Positions 1 through 17,361 of a stretch of DNA of 64,000 nucleotides are shown here, piece after piece. Source of the DNA: the human T2T-CHM13v2.0 reference genome, Homo sapiens; NCBI RefSeq assembly GCF_009914755.1, contig NC_060934.1. One strand, given 5' to 3'. The stretch's first letter is position 1, and the number at the start of each line of letters is the position of its first letter. Below the pieces are notes generated by a model, which saw nothing but the letters and a program-made list of their open reading frames with translations, was not told the DNA's origin and searched no databases. Made by a program: the position numbers and the translations under genes.

Positions 1-269
1 TCAGAAACCACTGAGACACCGCACAGGAGACTAACAGCTATTGCATGGAATACACAGAACACCCTCCATTTGTCAAAGGGAGAAGGAAAAGAGAGGCAAG
101 AACAGCTATGGAAGATCCAGACTGAGAAGGAACTTCAAAACAAATTTTTTTACTTCTAGCATATAAAAACCAAGTATCACTACGATCACAGTAGTCAAAG
201 GATTTATAGGAGTGAAGCTTAATTTGGAAGACGAAAATCATGTGACTCATGATGATAAAAGATTCTGGG

Positions 270-564
<295 letters not shown>

Positions 565-1529
565 GATTCTGGGAAGGTGGCACAGTGGATTTATGCATGG
601 AGACTGGGCTCTGGATACTGGATGGAAGCACTGAAATATGATCTAAAAGGCAAAAGAAGTCACTTGACACTCCTAAGGAATAACAAGTTTTTATGATAAT
701 TGAAGAATTCAACACCAGCGAATTTCCAAATAAGCCAACAGACAGAACTGCTGAGTTCTGTGGTGTAAATGTCCATCCATATTAGTATATGAGAAAAGAT
801 GCAGCTATTCTCATTGAAAAACAAATCTAATCACCCCAGACCACTTACTTTGGGCTGTTAATGCAGTCGGAGGGCATGCATTCATTTACACAAACACCCA
901 ACTCATCATCCTCAATGTCAAGGACAGAGAGAGTTCCTGGGTCCTGAAGACAATTCGCCAAACCGATTATGTACTAAGAGATAATGGAAAATTCACTGTC
1001 ATTTGAAAGAGACATTCTTGGCCTTTGCAAAGCTCTAGAGAATCATTCACACTTTGCAATTATTGGATCAAGAATGATGTTATTCCCGTTATCAGGATAT
1101 ATTACTAAGTCCTTAGTAGATTTACAAATATGCCTGTCACATTAAAGAAATACTGTTTACTTCAGAGTACTGGAGTCTGGTCAAATTGCGTACAGAAAAA
1201 CTGCTCTCCTTTAATAAATGCCAGCAATGTCATTCCCATCTACATTCATCACTACCCATTTTTATTTTTGCCCTAAAGTAGTTTTATATTGATCAAAAGT
1301 AAAATGCCATTCATTTTATTGGAAGACTGTCTTCACAGGCTACTGTGGCAATGTCTCTTCAGGGAACCTTATTTTCAGCAGACTGACGTGGTAAAAGTGG
1401 TTCTATCTACATCAACTTCCTTTCTGCACCCTGGTTTCATCAGCTTTATTCCCTCCAGAGCCTGAGCAGTTCTCACTCTCCTACTAAGATGTAGTAACTC
1501 TGTGCTGAGACTAACTAGGTTCTGCGTAT

Positions 1530-1740
1530 ACAAACTGGAATCCCAACTCTGAAAATCCCAAGCCCCAAACCTGAAACTTTTTGAGGGCCAACAAGATGCT
1601 CACATGAGATGCTCATTGGAGCCTTTTCGATTTCAGGTTTTCAGATGCTCAACAGACAAATGTACTGCAAATATTCCAAAATCTGAACCCAGAGACACGT
1701 CTGGTCCCAGGCATTTTGGATAAGAGATGCTCAGGCTGTA
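1530..1740. mobile_element. MER46/Tigger4-like DNA transposon fragment
   Basis: Motifs ctgaaaatcc...gctcattggagc...attccaaaatctgaa...ctggtcccaggcattttggataag resemble the recalled consensus. Confidence 0.55.
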
Positions 1741-2595
1741 ATATCAAGTGGACAGAAACAGCTAACATGTTGTAAATACTGGCAGGCATGCTCCCTGCAT
1801 TGTCATTTTCTGCTGACACAGACTGTGGGGTGGAATCCCTCTTGTGGGAGGAAATTAAGATTTAGAGAGATGAAGTTATCTAAGCAAGGGCACACAGCTA
1901 CCAAGAGAAGCCAGGCTTCAAACCCAAGCAGCCTGATTCAGTCTGAGCCCACCCTCTAGCCACCAGGTTATATAACAGACCACGGAACAAAGACCAAAAA
2001 GGATTTTTAAAAAATCAATAATTAGTACAAGCAAACAATACCACTACAACCTACAACCTACTTAAAGCCCCCTAGAATTTTCTTTCAAAGAGAGCTATTG
2101 CTAAGTTAAAAAGTGATAGCTACTAACACTGATCATTTACTTAAAACCTCCAAGTTTTGCTGTTAATTCCTCGCACTTTTCAGTGGCTTAAGGAAAAAGC
2201 ATGTGAGTGCATTCCAGTCCTAAAAATTACTTCCAAAATGTTTACCTACAGCCAGTCACAACCTTCATCAACAATTAACAAATACCATGACTACTTTTGT
2301 GTGTTTATACAGTAAGCAATGAAGATTTAGGAAATATGTGCAGCAAAATGTCCACGGTGCTTCATCAATTATCCTCCATCGATACCGACTTCCATGCGAT
2401 GTTATCGATGTTAACCAAGACAGGTTACTCTGACCAACGTGGTTAATCTAGTACACGTGGCTGGCTGCAAAGTCCACACCAACCCCAGCCTGGGACTGGT
2501 ATTTTAAACACCATGTGACAGGCACCATCCTATGATGGACGCACAGGAAAGTAGTTGATGTGATTGCTGACCCTGAGAAGCTGGAAATTTACTTA

Positions 2596-2964
<369 letters not shown>

Positions 2965-3680
2965 TTATAGTTTTGGCTTATGTCTCACTTTTTTCACTTA
3001 AAACAGGGGTCAGGAGGATCCCACAACGTCAGAGCCTGCCCTGGGTGCACTCACTACCCACGGTCACCCACCACTTTCAACATCTGCCTCTGATGAAGTC
3101 CCTGCCTTGCCAGTGGTTGCTGTGCCTGGAAAGGGACAGCACCTGATTCAGGAGGAGTGAACCATCGCTGCGGGAGAAACACACCTGCCTGGATATAGTC
3201 ATCATGAGTCAGCAGCAACTCATGTCTCTGGCAGGTGCCAAAGCTTCAGGGTGAACAGCAAAGTTCTTTATAAAATACAGTATACACGTGGCTGTGAGTA
3301 TTAATCTACAGACAGCAATGGAGAGTATTACTAACAGAGAGACAGGAGAAAGAGAAGACAGAAAAGAAAGAACATTCATGTCTGCTGGGCCTGCCTGAAC
3401 TTGACTCATCTCCACATTTACTTGAGGGGCTTGAAGAACCGAAGCTTATGCTTTTAAAATGTCACTATGTGGCTATCACAGACTCCGAAAATAGCTAATG
3501 CCTCTTCCCATCGCCACTTTATTAGATAAATACATCTCACATGATATAAAATTGTGAAAGATGAGGCACAGGGGAGAACAAGTTCTCATTAATTAATACA
3601 ACAAAATTAAAATGTACTTGGTGAGGATTTTCATGTAAAAACAAAAAAGGCAGTGAAATCATCCTTATGCAGAAACCAAA

Positions 3681-3972
<292 letters not shown>

Positions 3973-5159
3973 CCAGGAACCACATTCTTAACCTGAGTTC
4001 CACAATCAAAAGCTGCAGGAAATTCTCCCTCTGCAGCAGCAATCTCAGTGTCAACCTTCGGTCCTTTGCTTCTTCCTTTCGGCTTATTTGGATATAAAAT
4101 AAAATAGACAAAAAACAGATATAGGATTCACCCTGCCCAGTTTTTTTAAGCAACAAAATCTTTTAGTGTATTGTACTTACACAAAAATACTGCACAGTAT
4201 ATAATTTTTTCAGTTCCAACATGCCAGTTTTTTGGTCCAAAGGGAACTCAAATATTGCATGTGCTTCTTTTCAAGGCCTCCATTAATCTGCATAATTTCT
4301 AAGACTAGGCTTCAGTGAAGTCAATGGAAGGTTTTAGTTAGTATTACATTCAAATTAATATATAATGAGCTACGCTTTAATTCCTCTATTCGTATCAGCA
4401 TGCCAGGTCCCGCTGAAAGAACCATCCAGAACCATTTATGATATCATTCTTCTTTTGTTTTACCAATGACCTAGTGCTCAGATGTTCATTAGAAAATTAC
4501 TCCCGTAATACTAGTTTCATTGAAAAACAGATATTAGGAGGCCAGCATTTATTAAATCAATAGTATTATGACATTTCAATTTGATCACACTGATTTCAAT
4601 TTAGCCAGTGAAGTATTTGTAACAAAAATGTAATTTTAAAATCTATTGCTGAACACTAATAAGCATTTCTATTTTTTACTTACAGAGGTAAAGAGCGATT
4701 TTGTCTAGTAGCTGTGCATTCAATCAAGTTAAAAAATAGTAATGAGAAATTTAGGACCGTAGTATCATAGATCACAACCTGAACCACACAATTTACAACA
4801 GGCAGGATGTGGTGGACGCTGAGGGGGCCCCTAAATGCATTAACTCAACTGCTGTCATGGAAACATGACGCCAGCATGCTTCACAGAAAGAAGCAAGAGC
4901 TGGGAAGGCGCAAAACTTCTCCACCCAGCAGTCTGAGCTTCTGTTTTGCCCTTCCCAGACACCAACGTGGAGGCCAGTAAACACAGAGAGCTTGCAAACC
5001 CCTCTACGTGCTCTGCCACAAGTGGGAAGCCTCCCCACTGGAAAGTGCCCACTGCCAAGCAGCCTGGACTGGATCTAATAACAGCTTCAGTCTCCAGAGC
5101 CTTCCTCACACCCCAGCTGCCCTCGGCTCCCTCCATCAACCACTTCCAGGTGAGAAACA

Positions 5160-5372
5160 GGGATGGTCAGCCTCAACACTATTGGCCTTTGGGGGCCAGA
5201 ATCTTTGTTGGGGGGCTGTTCTGCCACTGTAGGACGTTGCAACTGCATCTCTGGGGTCTATCCACTAGATGCTGACTGCATCCCCCACCTGGGACAACTG
5301 AAATGTCTCCTGGCTTTGCCACATGTCCACTGAAGGGCACATGCCCCTGGCCCCTGAGTTGAGGACCATTGA
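5160..5372 (+). mobile_element. MER20 (hAT-Charlie) DNA transposon
   Basis: cactattggcctttggg...gggggctgttctgccactgtaggacgtt...aaatgtctcc...gttgaggaccattg matches the recalled MER20 layout. Confidence 0.65.
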
Positions 5373-5621
5373 TTCAGATTCGGTTAAGAGAGAAGTCAGG
5401 TATCGCTGATGAGACACCTGACCTTGTGGTCTCCTCCCCCTACACTTCTGATGAGCTTCCTCAGCATCAGTGGATTCTCTCTGCCTCTGTCTCCAGCATT
5501 AACTCACTCTAGTACCCACCCTTCAGCCCCTTGGTGTGATCAGCAGTGCCAACCAACCCTGTTAATTTTGACTCACTCTGATGCTGTCTCAGCAAGACCT
5601 GGAAATCCACACTTACATTTG

Positions 5622-5675
5622 TGCCAGTCTACACTGCAGACCCGGTGCTGCCAGTCTACACTGCAGACCTGGTGC
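5622..5675. repeat. 27-bp tandem duplication (2 copies, 1 mismatch)
   Basis: tgccagtctacactgcagacc(c/t)ggtgc x2. Confidence 0.9.
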
Positions 5676-8600
5676 TGCTGTTACCCTCCCACTGCCTCCA
5701 CTTTGAATGTCTAGTGTATAAGATTCAAAGATGCTGTTATGAATGACAGCAATAACCATAAACAATGGTGACCACAGTATGGTGGTACAAGAGGTGCTTT
5801 GCATGCACAGGACAATAACAATAACTCAAGTACTCCTTAACCCACTGCCTACTACCACTATGGCAGCAATGGGTTCTCTGTTTGCAAGGAGTAAGCAATC
5901 ATTTCCAACCTACAGACAAGCAGACCAGTCACCTGAAATGGTACTGGTCCCCAAGGAAGCCTTTATCTATTAAAGGGCGTTCTCACACAAAGACCAGACA
6001 GAAAACCCTACTCGACCTGGTATAAACCATAAGGAAATCCATTATCTCACACAGCAAAGGGGTCCAGAGAAAAGGCAAGTGAATAGAAAAGACTGGTGAA
6101 CAGAGCCATGAGCAATGTCAGAAATGGCCTCGGTTCTTTTCATCCTCCTCCTTCCACACCCTAAATATGACAGCTTTCCCCAGTCCAGCTCCTCCCTTGT
6201 GGGCTCAAGATGGCTGCAGAAACTCCAGGCCTCTCAGGCAGAGCAAGGCCCCCTCTTCCCTATGCTGCTTCTTCAAAGCAAGGAAACCTATTCCAGAAAC
6301 TACCAGCAGATGTCCTCATTTATTACTGACCCAAATTGGTCACAAATCTCTCCCTAAGCCAATCACTGACAAGAAAAATGGGGCCACTCTTCCGGCTTAC
6401 ACCACTGGTTCTAATTCTACACAGGCGGCATCTACCACATTCCCCAGTGCAGACAGTTATTTGGCAAGGGGCAGGGGCAGTTGTCACTTAGTACAATAAA
6501 AAAATCATCCTGGCCAAAATCCCAGGAGAGCCCTCGTCAAAAGCAACTGAGTAATAAGGAGTTGAGCAACATACTCCAGTTCAAATACCATACTGAATAG
6601 GCAACACTGAATACTCTCAGAATTCATTTTCTGGTTCTTTGTTATAATAATACTGAGTTTGCGCAGTCTTTAAATACCCCAGTTTAACAAAGAAACATTA
6701 AAAAAAAAAAAGTGTGGCCTTGGGTTTGAGGTACGTCTGTGCATCCTGGCTCACCCATGGTCTCTCTGTATGAGGTATGACTAGAAATTAACTTCTCTGA
6801 GCCTGGCAATTCCTGAACTTAACCAGTAAGACTCCTGTGCCTCTCGAGTCAGGTTACTGTGGGGATGTGAGATAGTATATGCACAGTACCCAGCACAAGG
6901 TCTGCAGCCCGTGGGTGCGAATCACTAGAAACGCTCACCAATTCACTGCAACACTTTCCAATGAAGAATGGTTTTTGAGTTCCTATGATTCATCTATGGC
7001 TTCAATTATGTTTTTCCTTCGTACCTTTTTATGCTATCCCGAAAGGTCTGAAAGGTTAATGCATATTCCAAAAACGTCCTCAAGGTGAGTGGCTTATCAC
7101 ACAGAAAGCCAGGGTTTGTAACACTCTGGCCATGCCTTGGCTCCCTGTCCCATTGTTTATAGACCTGCAGTCTCTCAGAATCTTCGGATGCTCAGCAATG
7201 ACTGAGGATCAGGGAGTGCATGAATCAGTACAGACTCACAGGCGAAATGACCAAATGTTCTGATCCCTTTGCCGGGTGGGGGTTACGTATGCAGGCATGT
7301 CTGGATGGATTTACTTTTAGGAGAATCCAGATGCCGGCAGGGAAAAGAATAAATCCTGTTGTGATCTAGAGACTTTGCAGGTCACCACAAGTGCAAGATC
7401 TTGTTAAATATTAAGGAGCTTTAAAGCAGGTTTCCACTCTCCTAAACTGAGCCTTTCCTTTCATCAAGTTGTTAAGTGCAGGACATCATATATTCATGTA
7501 AAGGTTTATCTGACATGTTCGTGCTGGCCTTTCTGGTTATAAATGGCACTGGCGACAAAACTGGAGGCAGATTTTATCTTATCCTTGACTTTATGTCATT
7601 GAGACAGGCAGATTCAAAGTAGGGTGGCTGGCGGAAGGACGGAAGAGAGAAAGCTCAGGAATGAACAGTCCCCACACCTTTTATTGACACCCAGCAAAGT
7701 AGGCCAGCCTCCTCAGTGTGCCCTCCCTGGGGGCAGGGGTGACAGCGCTGAAGGGCAAGGCCCGGTGGCATGGCCACACCACTGGGCTCCCCTTATTACA
7801 TGGGGTCCTCATTTTCCATTAGCTCTCAAACCTCTGAAGTCCTAAAGTTAAAAGAGAGAAGCTCAAACTTCTCTTTACATCAGGTTTCTCCCTGGAGCAA
7901 GTGTCTGTTCATGAAAGGCACTACGGGGCTTAAACGGGTGGCCTAACTTGCAAAAGGATTGGTGGTTTTTTAATGTTTTTTGGAGGGGGGATGGGGGAGC
8001 CACCTCCAAACAATTTTACCGTGGCTTAAATCCACAATAAGATCTTCTGTAGATAAAAGAATTATAATATTTTCTTAATTATTTTTATTAATAGAGAATG
8101 GAATAGAAAATGGCCCAAAAAATAAAAAATCAGGCACAATGATCACTTTGAAATGTGTCTAGTTTTATAAACAAGAGATGTATCCCCTTTGCACACCTCC
8201 AAATCCCATACACCAATTACGCTAAGTTCATGCTAATATGATCTCACCCTCCCTGCAAGTTCCCCGGGAACTGGCAAGAGCCAGAATTATCCGCGGTAAG
8301 CAGAAGCCATTTGGGAGTGAGAACTCCCGGAGCAGATAACTGAAAGTTGACTAAATTCTTAAATTCTTAACGTTTAGGATTAAAAGCAAGTTGCTATCTA
8401 ACGGACTGCAGACAGCGGAGCTCAGGCCCCAGTGATCAAGCAGCTGCGATGGCGAACTCTGTATAGATCTGGATTTTGCGATTTTTATAGTTACATTTAT
8501 TGTTTGACCAATGTTGCCCTCTTTAGTGTGTCTCTTATAAGATTTTCTCCAATACTCATAAAAACTAGATGGCCCCGCTGGTCCTTTTTTGCCATGGAAT

Positions 8601-8938
8601 TCATGTGCTTCAGTTCAAGTACCCAGAACAGGCAAAGGATCCCACAGATGAACCCCACCTCGCAGTTCTGTATGTTGCCAGGAACGGGTATTCAACGAAC
8701 TGGACTTCTCTGGGGTTTTCCACCCAAAGAGATTCTGTTTAACAAACCTCTTCAAGTCTGTAAAGAAACGGGAATGGCAACAGGAGGTAGGGGAGCACGC
8801 ACTCTGCAGAACCGTGCTTTCAGGCCCAGACACTGGGGATGCCTGAGAGAACAGACCCGGCTCCAGCCATGGGGTAGAAACCTCCCAAGTTCAATCAATG
8901 GCACCGAGATCACAGAGGGACATGCACCAGTCTGCTAA

Positions 8939-9281
<343 letters not shown>

Positions 9282-10875
9282 AACAGCCTCTATTTCAAAG
9301 CCATTTGGGGATAACATGATGAGAAGGAGATATCCATCATGTATCCCACAAACATTAACTGCTAAATGACTTGGGGAAAAAATTAAGCTCTGTCTCTATA
9401 TATGGGCTTAAGGCAAATGCCTGGAGAATGTAAGTGTCCCACCTGAAGGCCAAACTCAGCTACAAGTGTTTGAGTGTTGCTGCATTTAGCTGCTGAATAA
9501 GGGAAAAAGAAACCAGTCACCATAGAAACTGCAGCCTCACAATCTATCGTAAGAGAAGCCCGCGTCTTCCTTACCCCTTTGGCTGTACCAGACGGAATGA
9601 GAAAGAAAAGCTTCTCTCTCTTGGCCACATTTAATCTTCTCTCCTCAGCCTTTAATCTAGGTCTCCGATGCTAAAATGTAGGAGAGATTCCCTCCTAAGG
9701 GTTAAATCTATAATCACACTGACAGGTACATCATTGAAAGCTAAGAAAACACTGAAAAAAAGCACTGGATGTGGAATCTTCAGTGCTATGAGCAGCATGA
9801 ACACTCTTAGTAGAGAGGGTGTCCATGCAGGGAAGGTCTTTATTTCTTTCTTGGTTTGTGTGGGGAAAAATGGCCTCACACAGCATTTCTTATTTTAGCC
9901 TTCTCTACATGTCCGTGTCCCTTCCTTTATTAAACATCGAGAAATAGAGAAAGCAAGATACTTAAAGAAACCATTTCAGGTACAGTTTCAGACCCAACCA
10001 AACCAGACTCAATGCAGTGCACTGCCGTGACTGCTAGTCCTTTATTTACGGATTTCCAGGGTGCCTTTTATCCCTTATCAGTGATGTGTGTATAATCTCG
10101 ATACTTATGTCAAAGACGACAGAGACTGTGCTGCAGAAGGACACCAAGACACTGGGTATTCTACGGAAGTACTTAGACCAGGCACACATTTGCTCTGTTC
10201 TGAGTCCAGATGCAGTACAAGCCTCAGTTATCATGACCTTGGATCCCTGTAACCTCCATGAGGTACAGATTCTGATTAGGAACTGGTCAGGGAGGTGATA
10301 AGAGAATGGATTGGAATTAGTGTCCTGGGCATATGACTCACATCAAAAACAAACTCCTCCTTGGCTTCAAATAAAACGGAAATAAGCAGGAAGCACTAGG
10401 GAGTCACTGCCCAGCCGCACCTCACCCGTCAGCTACATACACTCCTGAGAAGCATGACATGAAACAGCGATCAATTCAGCAGAAAAGAATTAGCTGCCTA
10501 TAAAAAAGCAGAAACCCTGGATGCCAACCGTATCCCCAGACCACAGTGCTCTCTTGGGCTTATTCCTCAAGTTCCTTATATCTTTATTCTCTATTTGTTT
10601 AGTTAGAAAACAGTATACAGTAGCAGGTTAGTGCCTGGATCAAACAATCTGAAAAGACGGACATTTTAAAAAAGAGGAAAAAAAAAAAAAAAAAAACTTA
10701 CATAAAACATGTGTAGACATTAAGCCTAGTCCGTGATCACTTTCAACAAGCAGCAAACCTTGACATTTCAGGTTTGTGAGCAACAGGATTTCGTGGAACA
10801 TGATTTGTTTTTGTTTTGTTTTTTTAATGCTGAGATTTTAATTTTATGTTTTGATTTCTTTTTTAATGCTGAGAT

Positions 10876-11224
<349 letters not shown>

Positions 11225-11763
11225 CCTGAGATGTCTTCTTAATTTCAATGAGGAATTGAAATTAATTGGGAGGCCAAATACTCTTCTCAGTGCTCTCAAC
11301 TCTTTCCTCTTCTTAGCAAAGAGCTGAGCTGGGGTATTTTTAGTTGATTACAAAAGTGCCATCCTTAGTTGTAAACTCACCATCCCATAAATGGAGCCAT
11401 TCCCCTCTTAGGCTAGTCATCTCTATTATTCAGAACTACTCACAGGAGGCTTGCTTAATTTAAGTTATAGTGATGACCTCTCCTATGTTTTGATCCTTCT
11501 AAGTTAATTTTTGGACTTATATCCCCATGAATCCCCATTCAAGAACATTTACTGAGAACTGATGATGTCCTGGGTACTGCGGAAGGCACTGGGGATAAAG
11601 CAGTCATGGAAATACAAACTTGGCTCTCGTAGAGCCTGCATTCTAGCTAGGGGAAGGAGGCCAAATGCAAAAAACTATTTAAATTAAATTTAAAAAATAA
11701 AAGGCAAAGTGCTATATAATAGTCGGGGGAATCAGTGCTGAGATCAGTGCTGAACCAGGATAG

Positions 11764-12144
<381 letters not shown>

Positions 12145-12582
12145 TAGGAAGTGAGGGAAGGGGCCATGCAGGAATCTGGGGGTGACCTTCCAGGCAGACC
12201 AGGCATTATACAAAGGCCTTAGGCAGGAGTAAGCAGGTGTCAGTGGGATAGTGGGGAGCTGGAGGGGGCACGGCAGGTACGTGAAGCCTCCAGCATCAGG
12301 CGACTGGACCCAGGCATCCCGCCCTGATGAGATGACATGCCACAGGGAGGCAGGAGCAAAAGTGGGGCTCCATCTGACTTCAGTTTCAACAGAAGCCCTC
12401 TGGCTGCAGTCGGGGGACGCAATGACTAGAAGCCAGGAAACAAGCTCTGGCGTGATGGGACAGTCCATGGGACAGAGATGGTGGCCTGGACTTGGGCAGT
12501 GGCAAAGGCTACACAGAAGAGTGAGTTCAGGACAGAGTTTGAAGGGAGAGCCAACAAAATTTCCTGATGGGTGGAATGGAAG

Positions 12583-13109
12583 TGTGCAGAGAAGGGTTCA
12601 CCTGGGAGGCCTAGGCTGTGGTCCTCACAGAGGGGGCTCGCCTGCAAGGGGGGGTCTGTGGCTGCAATCTGGAAATGCGGCTGATAAAAAATAGCTTATA
12701 CCAATCTAAAACTTTTCCTAAATATAAGAGTGGTTTGCTGTGTCTAAACTGTGTGTACAAACAATCTGGTTTATGGTTTCCTTCTAAGAGTTGGGAATTC
12801 TGGTCTGTGCCAGGCAGAGGGTTCCTATGTGACCAGTCCCCAGTAAAAACCCTGAGCACTGAGTGTCTAAGGAACTGCCCTGGTAGAAGAGTACCTGGCA
12901 CCTCTTGTCACAGCTGGGTGCTGTGTGACGCCTCCAGGAGGGGGCTCTGGAAGCTTCTGTCTGGTTTTCTGGACTTCACCCCATTGCTGATTCTGCTTTC
13001 TATCCTTTCACTGTAATAACCTATAACCATGAGTGTAATGACTTCTGAATCCTGTGAGTCCTTTCAGTAAATTACCAAACCTGGGGCAGATGTGGGGATC
13101 CCCAACACA
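12583..13109 (+). mobile_element. ERVL solo LTR, MER68-like
   Basis: TG...CA termini (tgtgcagagaag...ccccaacaca). Internal motifs (aaactgtgtgtacaaacaat, gtgaccagtccccagtaaaaaccctg, ctgtgagtcc) match the recalled MER68 consensus. Confidence 0.65.
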
Positions 13110-13175
13110 GAGGTGTGAAGCGGAGAGAGGCTACAAGGAGGATGCCAAGGCTTTGGACTCAAGTGCAGTTGTCTT

Positions 13176-13386
13176 TCTGTTTGTTTGTTTGAGATGGAGT
13201 CTCACTCTGTTGCCCAGGCTGAAGTGCAGTAGCAAGATCTCAGCTCACTGCAACCTCCGCCTCTCGGGTTCAAGTGACTTCTGGCTAATTTTTGCATTTT
13301 TAGTAGAGATGTGGTTTCACCATGTTGGCCAGGCTGGTCTAGAACTCCTGACCTCAAGTAGATCTGCCAGCCTCAGCCTCCCAAAG
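13176..13386 (-). mobile_element. Alu, 5'-truncated with internal deletion
   Basis: The right arm lacks about 55-60 nt after caagtgacttc. TSD aagtgcagttgtctt at 13161-13175 and 13387-13401. Confidence 0.85.
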
Positions 13387-14167
13387 AAGTGCAGTTGTCT
13401 TATGCATAATTCCCTGCACTCTAAGGCAAATCTCTGAGTAGCTCATTTAGAATTTCAAACACACTGAGATTTTCAATATTTTTTTAAAGAACACAAAGAA
13501 GTTCCAACAATTTCCCTTCTTTAAAGGATAAAAAAAGGATCATAGATGTTAGTGACATTTCAGATATGTCCCTTCCTTGCTGTGACAAGCTGTGGTCATG
13601 AACAAAGTAAGCTAGAGAGCTTCTGTCTTCTCCCAGCTATATTTCTGTATTCCTCTAAGGAAACAATATTTTATTTCCATTAACTAGAAAATTGGGAATT
13701 GCTGTTTCTTATTTATAGATCTTTTTGGTGGACAAATGAGTTGTCAGTGAAACTTGTACAATTTAATATTTGCAAACACGTAGGATCTCAGATATGGAAT
13801 ACGATTTATAAGAATTGCTGGGAACGAAAAAGTAATATGGAGGCTCGTAAATGTCAGACACGTGACATGTTACAATTACTGATAGGCTTTTATTTTCTAG
13901 TCTCCTCTAGCCCTAGTTTTAAAACTTACCAAGCCCCAAAAAATCCTTTAGTGGTCTCTTAGTATACACTCAGTGAACTGGAAAACTGAGGCAACAAAGA
14001 CATTATTGACCAAAAGACTGAGTCTGTCCTGTAATAAACTTCATTGTTTGATGACAGAAACAAACCGACAGAAACCCTTCCTAGTAGTCCTTCGCAAAAG
14101 ACAAAAATAAAAAGCTTTTATGGAAACTGGGGCGTTTTGCTTGAGTGGACATTGGGATATGTCATAA

Positions 14168-14548
<381 letters not shown>

Positions 14549-15429
14549 TAAACATATCTTAAGTTGATTTTTAAAAGGAAGATTTCTTTGTGTTCCAAAA
14601 GCTGAGACTCACCCAGCTGTGTGATGCAGAGACATCTGCTCTAAATTAAAATCCACTGAGAGCCACGGTGATATACAGTGCAGTCACCTCTACAGACTTG
14701 TTATAGACATGGATAGTATATGGATAGTTTTGGCAAATCTTTTAGGCCTCTAAACAACAGGGTTGGTCTTCAAGAAAAAAAAGTCATTATTTATTTTTCA
14801 ATAAAATGAGGCTTTTAATGTCCTTTGAGTTTTTTTAAACCTATTTCATCAACTATTTATCCTTCAACTGAATGTACATTTTGGAAATGATCTGTATTTT
14901 CCAAATAAGGTAAGTCAGAATTCCCAGTAAAGTATGGCATCCAAAGCTATTCACAGTGATCTCTTAAATCAAAGATAAATAACAGTAGAAATAATAATCA
15001 TGAGCTTGTTCTCATACTGTTCCAGTTTGTATTCAAGACAGAAAGGAACACCTACCCAGGAGCTCAATCACATTGCATGCACAGACACCGACAACCACAC
15101 AGACGTGTGAACACATCCCCCCAACGTGAGCAACCGCAGCATAATGGGACTCATCCCATCCAAATACCCATTTCATCTAAAGTGTAAAAATAATAAAAAG
15201 AACTTCTTGGAAATACCGCTCATCTCCGGCCATTAAATGTGCTTAGCTTTGACTTCTGTCTCGTAACAGCTGAACGCTATGGCAATTTTCCATAACAACA
15301 CGCATCTCAGATGACTCACTGCTGAATTCAAACACATATTCCTTTTACCGTAATGAAAGAAACTAGAAAAAAGTCTGCCTGCTGAGAAACAGTGATGATC
15401 AACAGTGATAACAGAGAAAAAAAGCAAGT

Positions 15430-15431
<2 letters not shown>

Positions 15432-15465
<34 letters not shown>
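15432..15465. repeat. (GT)17 microsatellite
   Basis: Perfect dinucleotide run. Confidence 0.95.
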
Positions 15466-15466
<1 letters not shown>

Positions 15467-15696
15467 TCTTTTTGGATCCTGCACAAAGAATACTGCTTGC
15501 TAGAACTTCTAAAAACTTGAGAGAAGATTTCTCTTTTTTTTTTTTAAATAAATGAAGCAACTGCTAAGACAGTTGGATCCTCATCCCATGCATCCATACC
15601 ATTTCTCTGAACATTACCTTCGTGCAAGCAGAGGAAGTCAGTAGAGAGTGCCACTGTGTTATTTCTAAGATTTCTGTACATACATGAAATGCGATC

Positions 15697-16127
15697 AGAT
15701 TGGGTTGAAGAGTGTCTCCCTGCAAATTCATACTCACCCAGAAGCTATCATGCAACCTTATTTGAAAATAGGGTCTTTGTAACTGCAATTGAGTTAAGAC
15801 AAAGTTGGATGGGATTCACACAGGGCCAGTCAAATGACAGTTGTCTTGTAAGCAGAGAGAAATTTGAACAGATGTGGAGAAGGCCATGTGAACCTGGAGG
15901 CAGGGAACCGAGGGAGGTGGCCACAGACCAAGCAAAGCCCAGGACACAGGCGACCCCAGAAGCCAGGGCCGCCCTCTGCTTCCACCCAGAGCCTTCAGGG
16001 GAGTGTGGTCCTGCCGACACCCTGATTTCACACACTAGTCTCCAGAAGCATGAGAGAACAAATTTCTGTCATTCTAAGTCATCCAGTCCATGGGAATTTG
16101 TGACAGTAGCCTTTGCAAACTAAGAAA
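15697..16127 (+). mobile_element. MaLR solo LTR, MLT1C/D-like
   Basis: accttatttgaaaatagggtctttg...agagccttcag...ccgacaccctgattt...aatttctgtcattctaagtc...aaactaa. Confidence 0.7.
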
Positions 16128-16595
16128 ATGGTGTTCTCACACCCTCCAAATTAAACGTGTAGATTCTCACTCATTACAAAATATAGTTAAGAAACCTCCT
16201 GTGTCTCTTCCATTGAACTGAAATAAGAGAAAACATTAATGAAAGTATCTCACCAGCTTTAAGAACACATAATATTCAATGCAACTAATGTCTATTTATA
16301 AAGTGCCTAACCCCACACCCTGCCTCATGAGAGGCCCAAAAGTAATATTCAGTATCTGCTCTTAAAGCACTCCTTAATTATGCACAAAATACTGAATAAG
16401 ATGATAATGCTCACATACCCTACCAAAATAATAGTCTGAATTCTTATGGGAAGAAATTAAAGTGAGGGAAGAAGGTAAGGTAATTGTATTTTGGAAAATA
16501 TGAACAAACTACTAAACTCTGGAATCAGGTCAACAGCACATAATAGCTTTGTGCAAAGACAATAAATGTTTAATGAATTAGTTAATTTTTAATTA

Positions 16596-17018
<423 letters not shown>

Positions 17019-17361
17019 TTAAATTCAAGGAGTTGAAGACATATGTCCATGAATTCACGCATTTATTGGACAGGTATTTAATGAGTGCTACTATGGTCAA
17101 GAAAGTATGTTTCTAAGAATGGACAGGAAAGACACAGTCCTTGCCTTCCTGGAGCTTCAAAGTTAGGCAAAAAGAGGCCGGTATTATACAAGGAGCTGCA
17201 CAAATGATTAAGCATAACTGTGACAGAACAAGCTGCTGAAGGACACCAACAGAGGCTCAAGTTCATCTGGGCCAGGGTCAGGGGTCCAGGGAAGGACTCC
17301 TCTGGGGAATCTATATTTGAAAATGAAAGATGAGTAGGACTTTAACAGAACAAAATAGGTA

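Noticed and set aside
8432-8938. 168-aa plus-strand ORF (similarly 61872-62375, 15656-16123 and 12251-12694)
   Set aside because: No recognisable domain and mostly non-ATG starts. Some overlap LTR/L2 relics. Lengths are compatible with chance in 64 kb.
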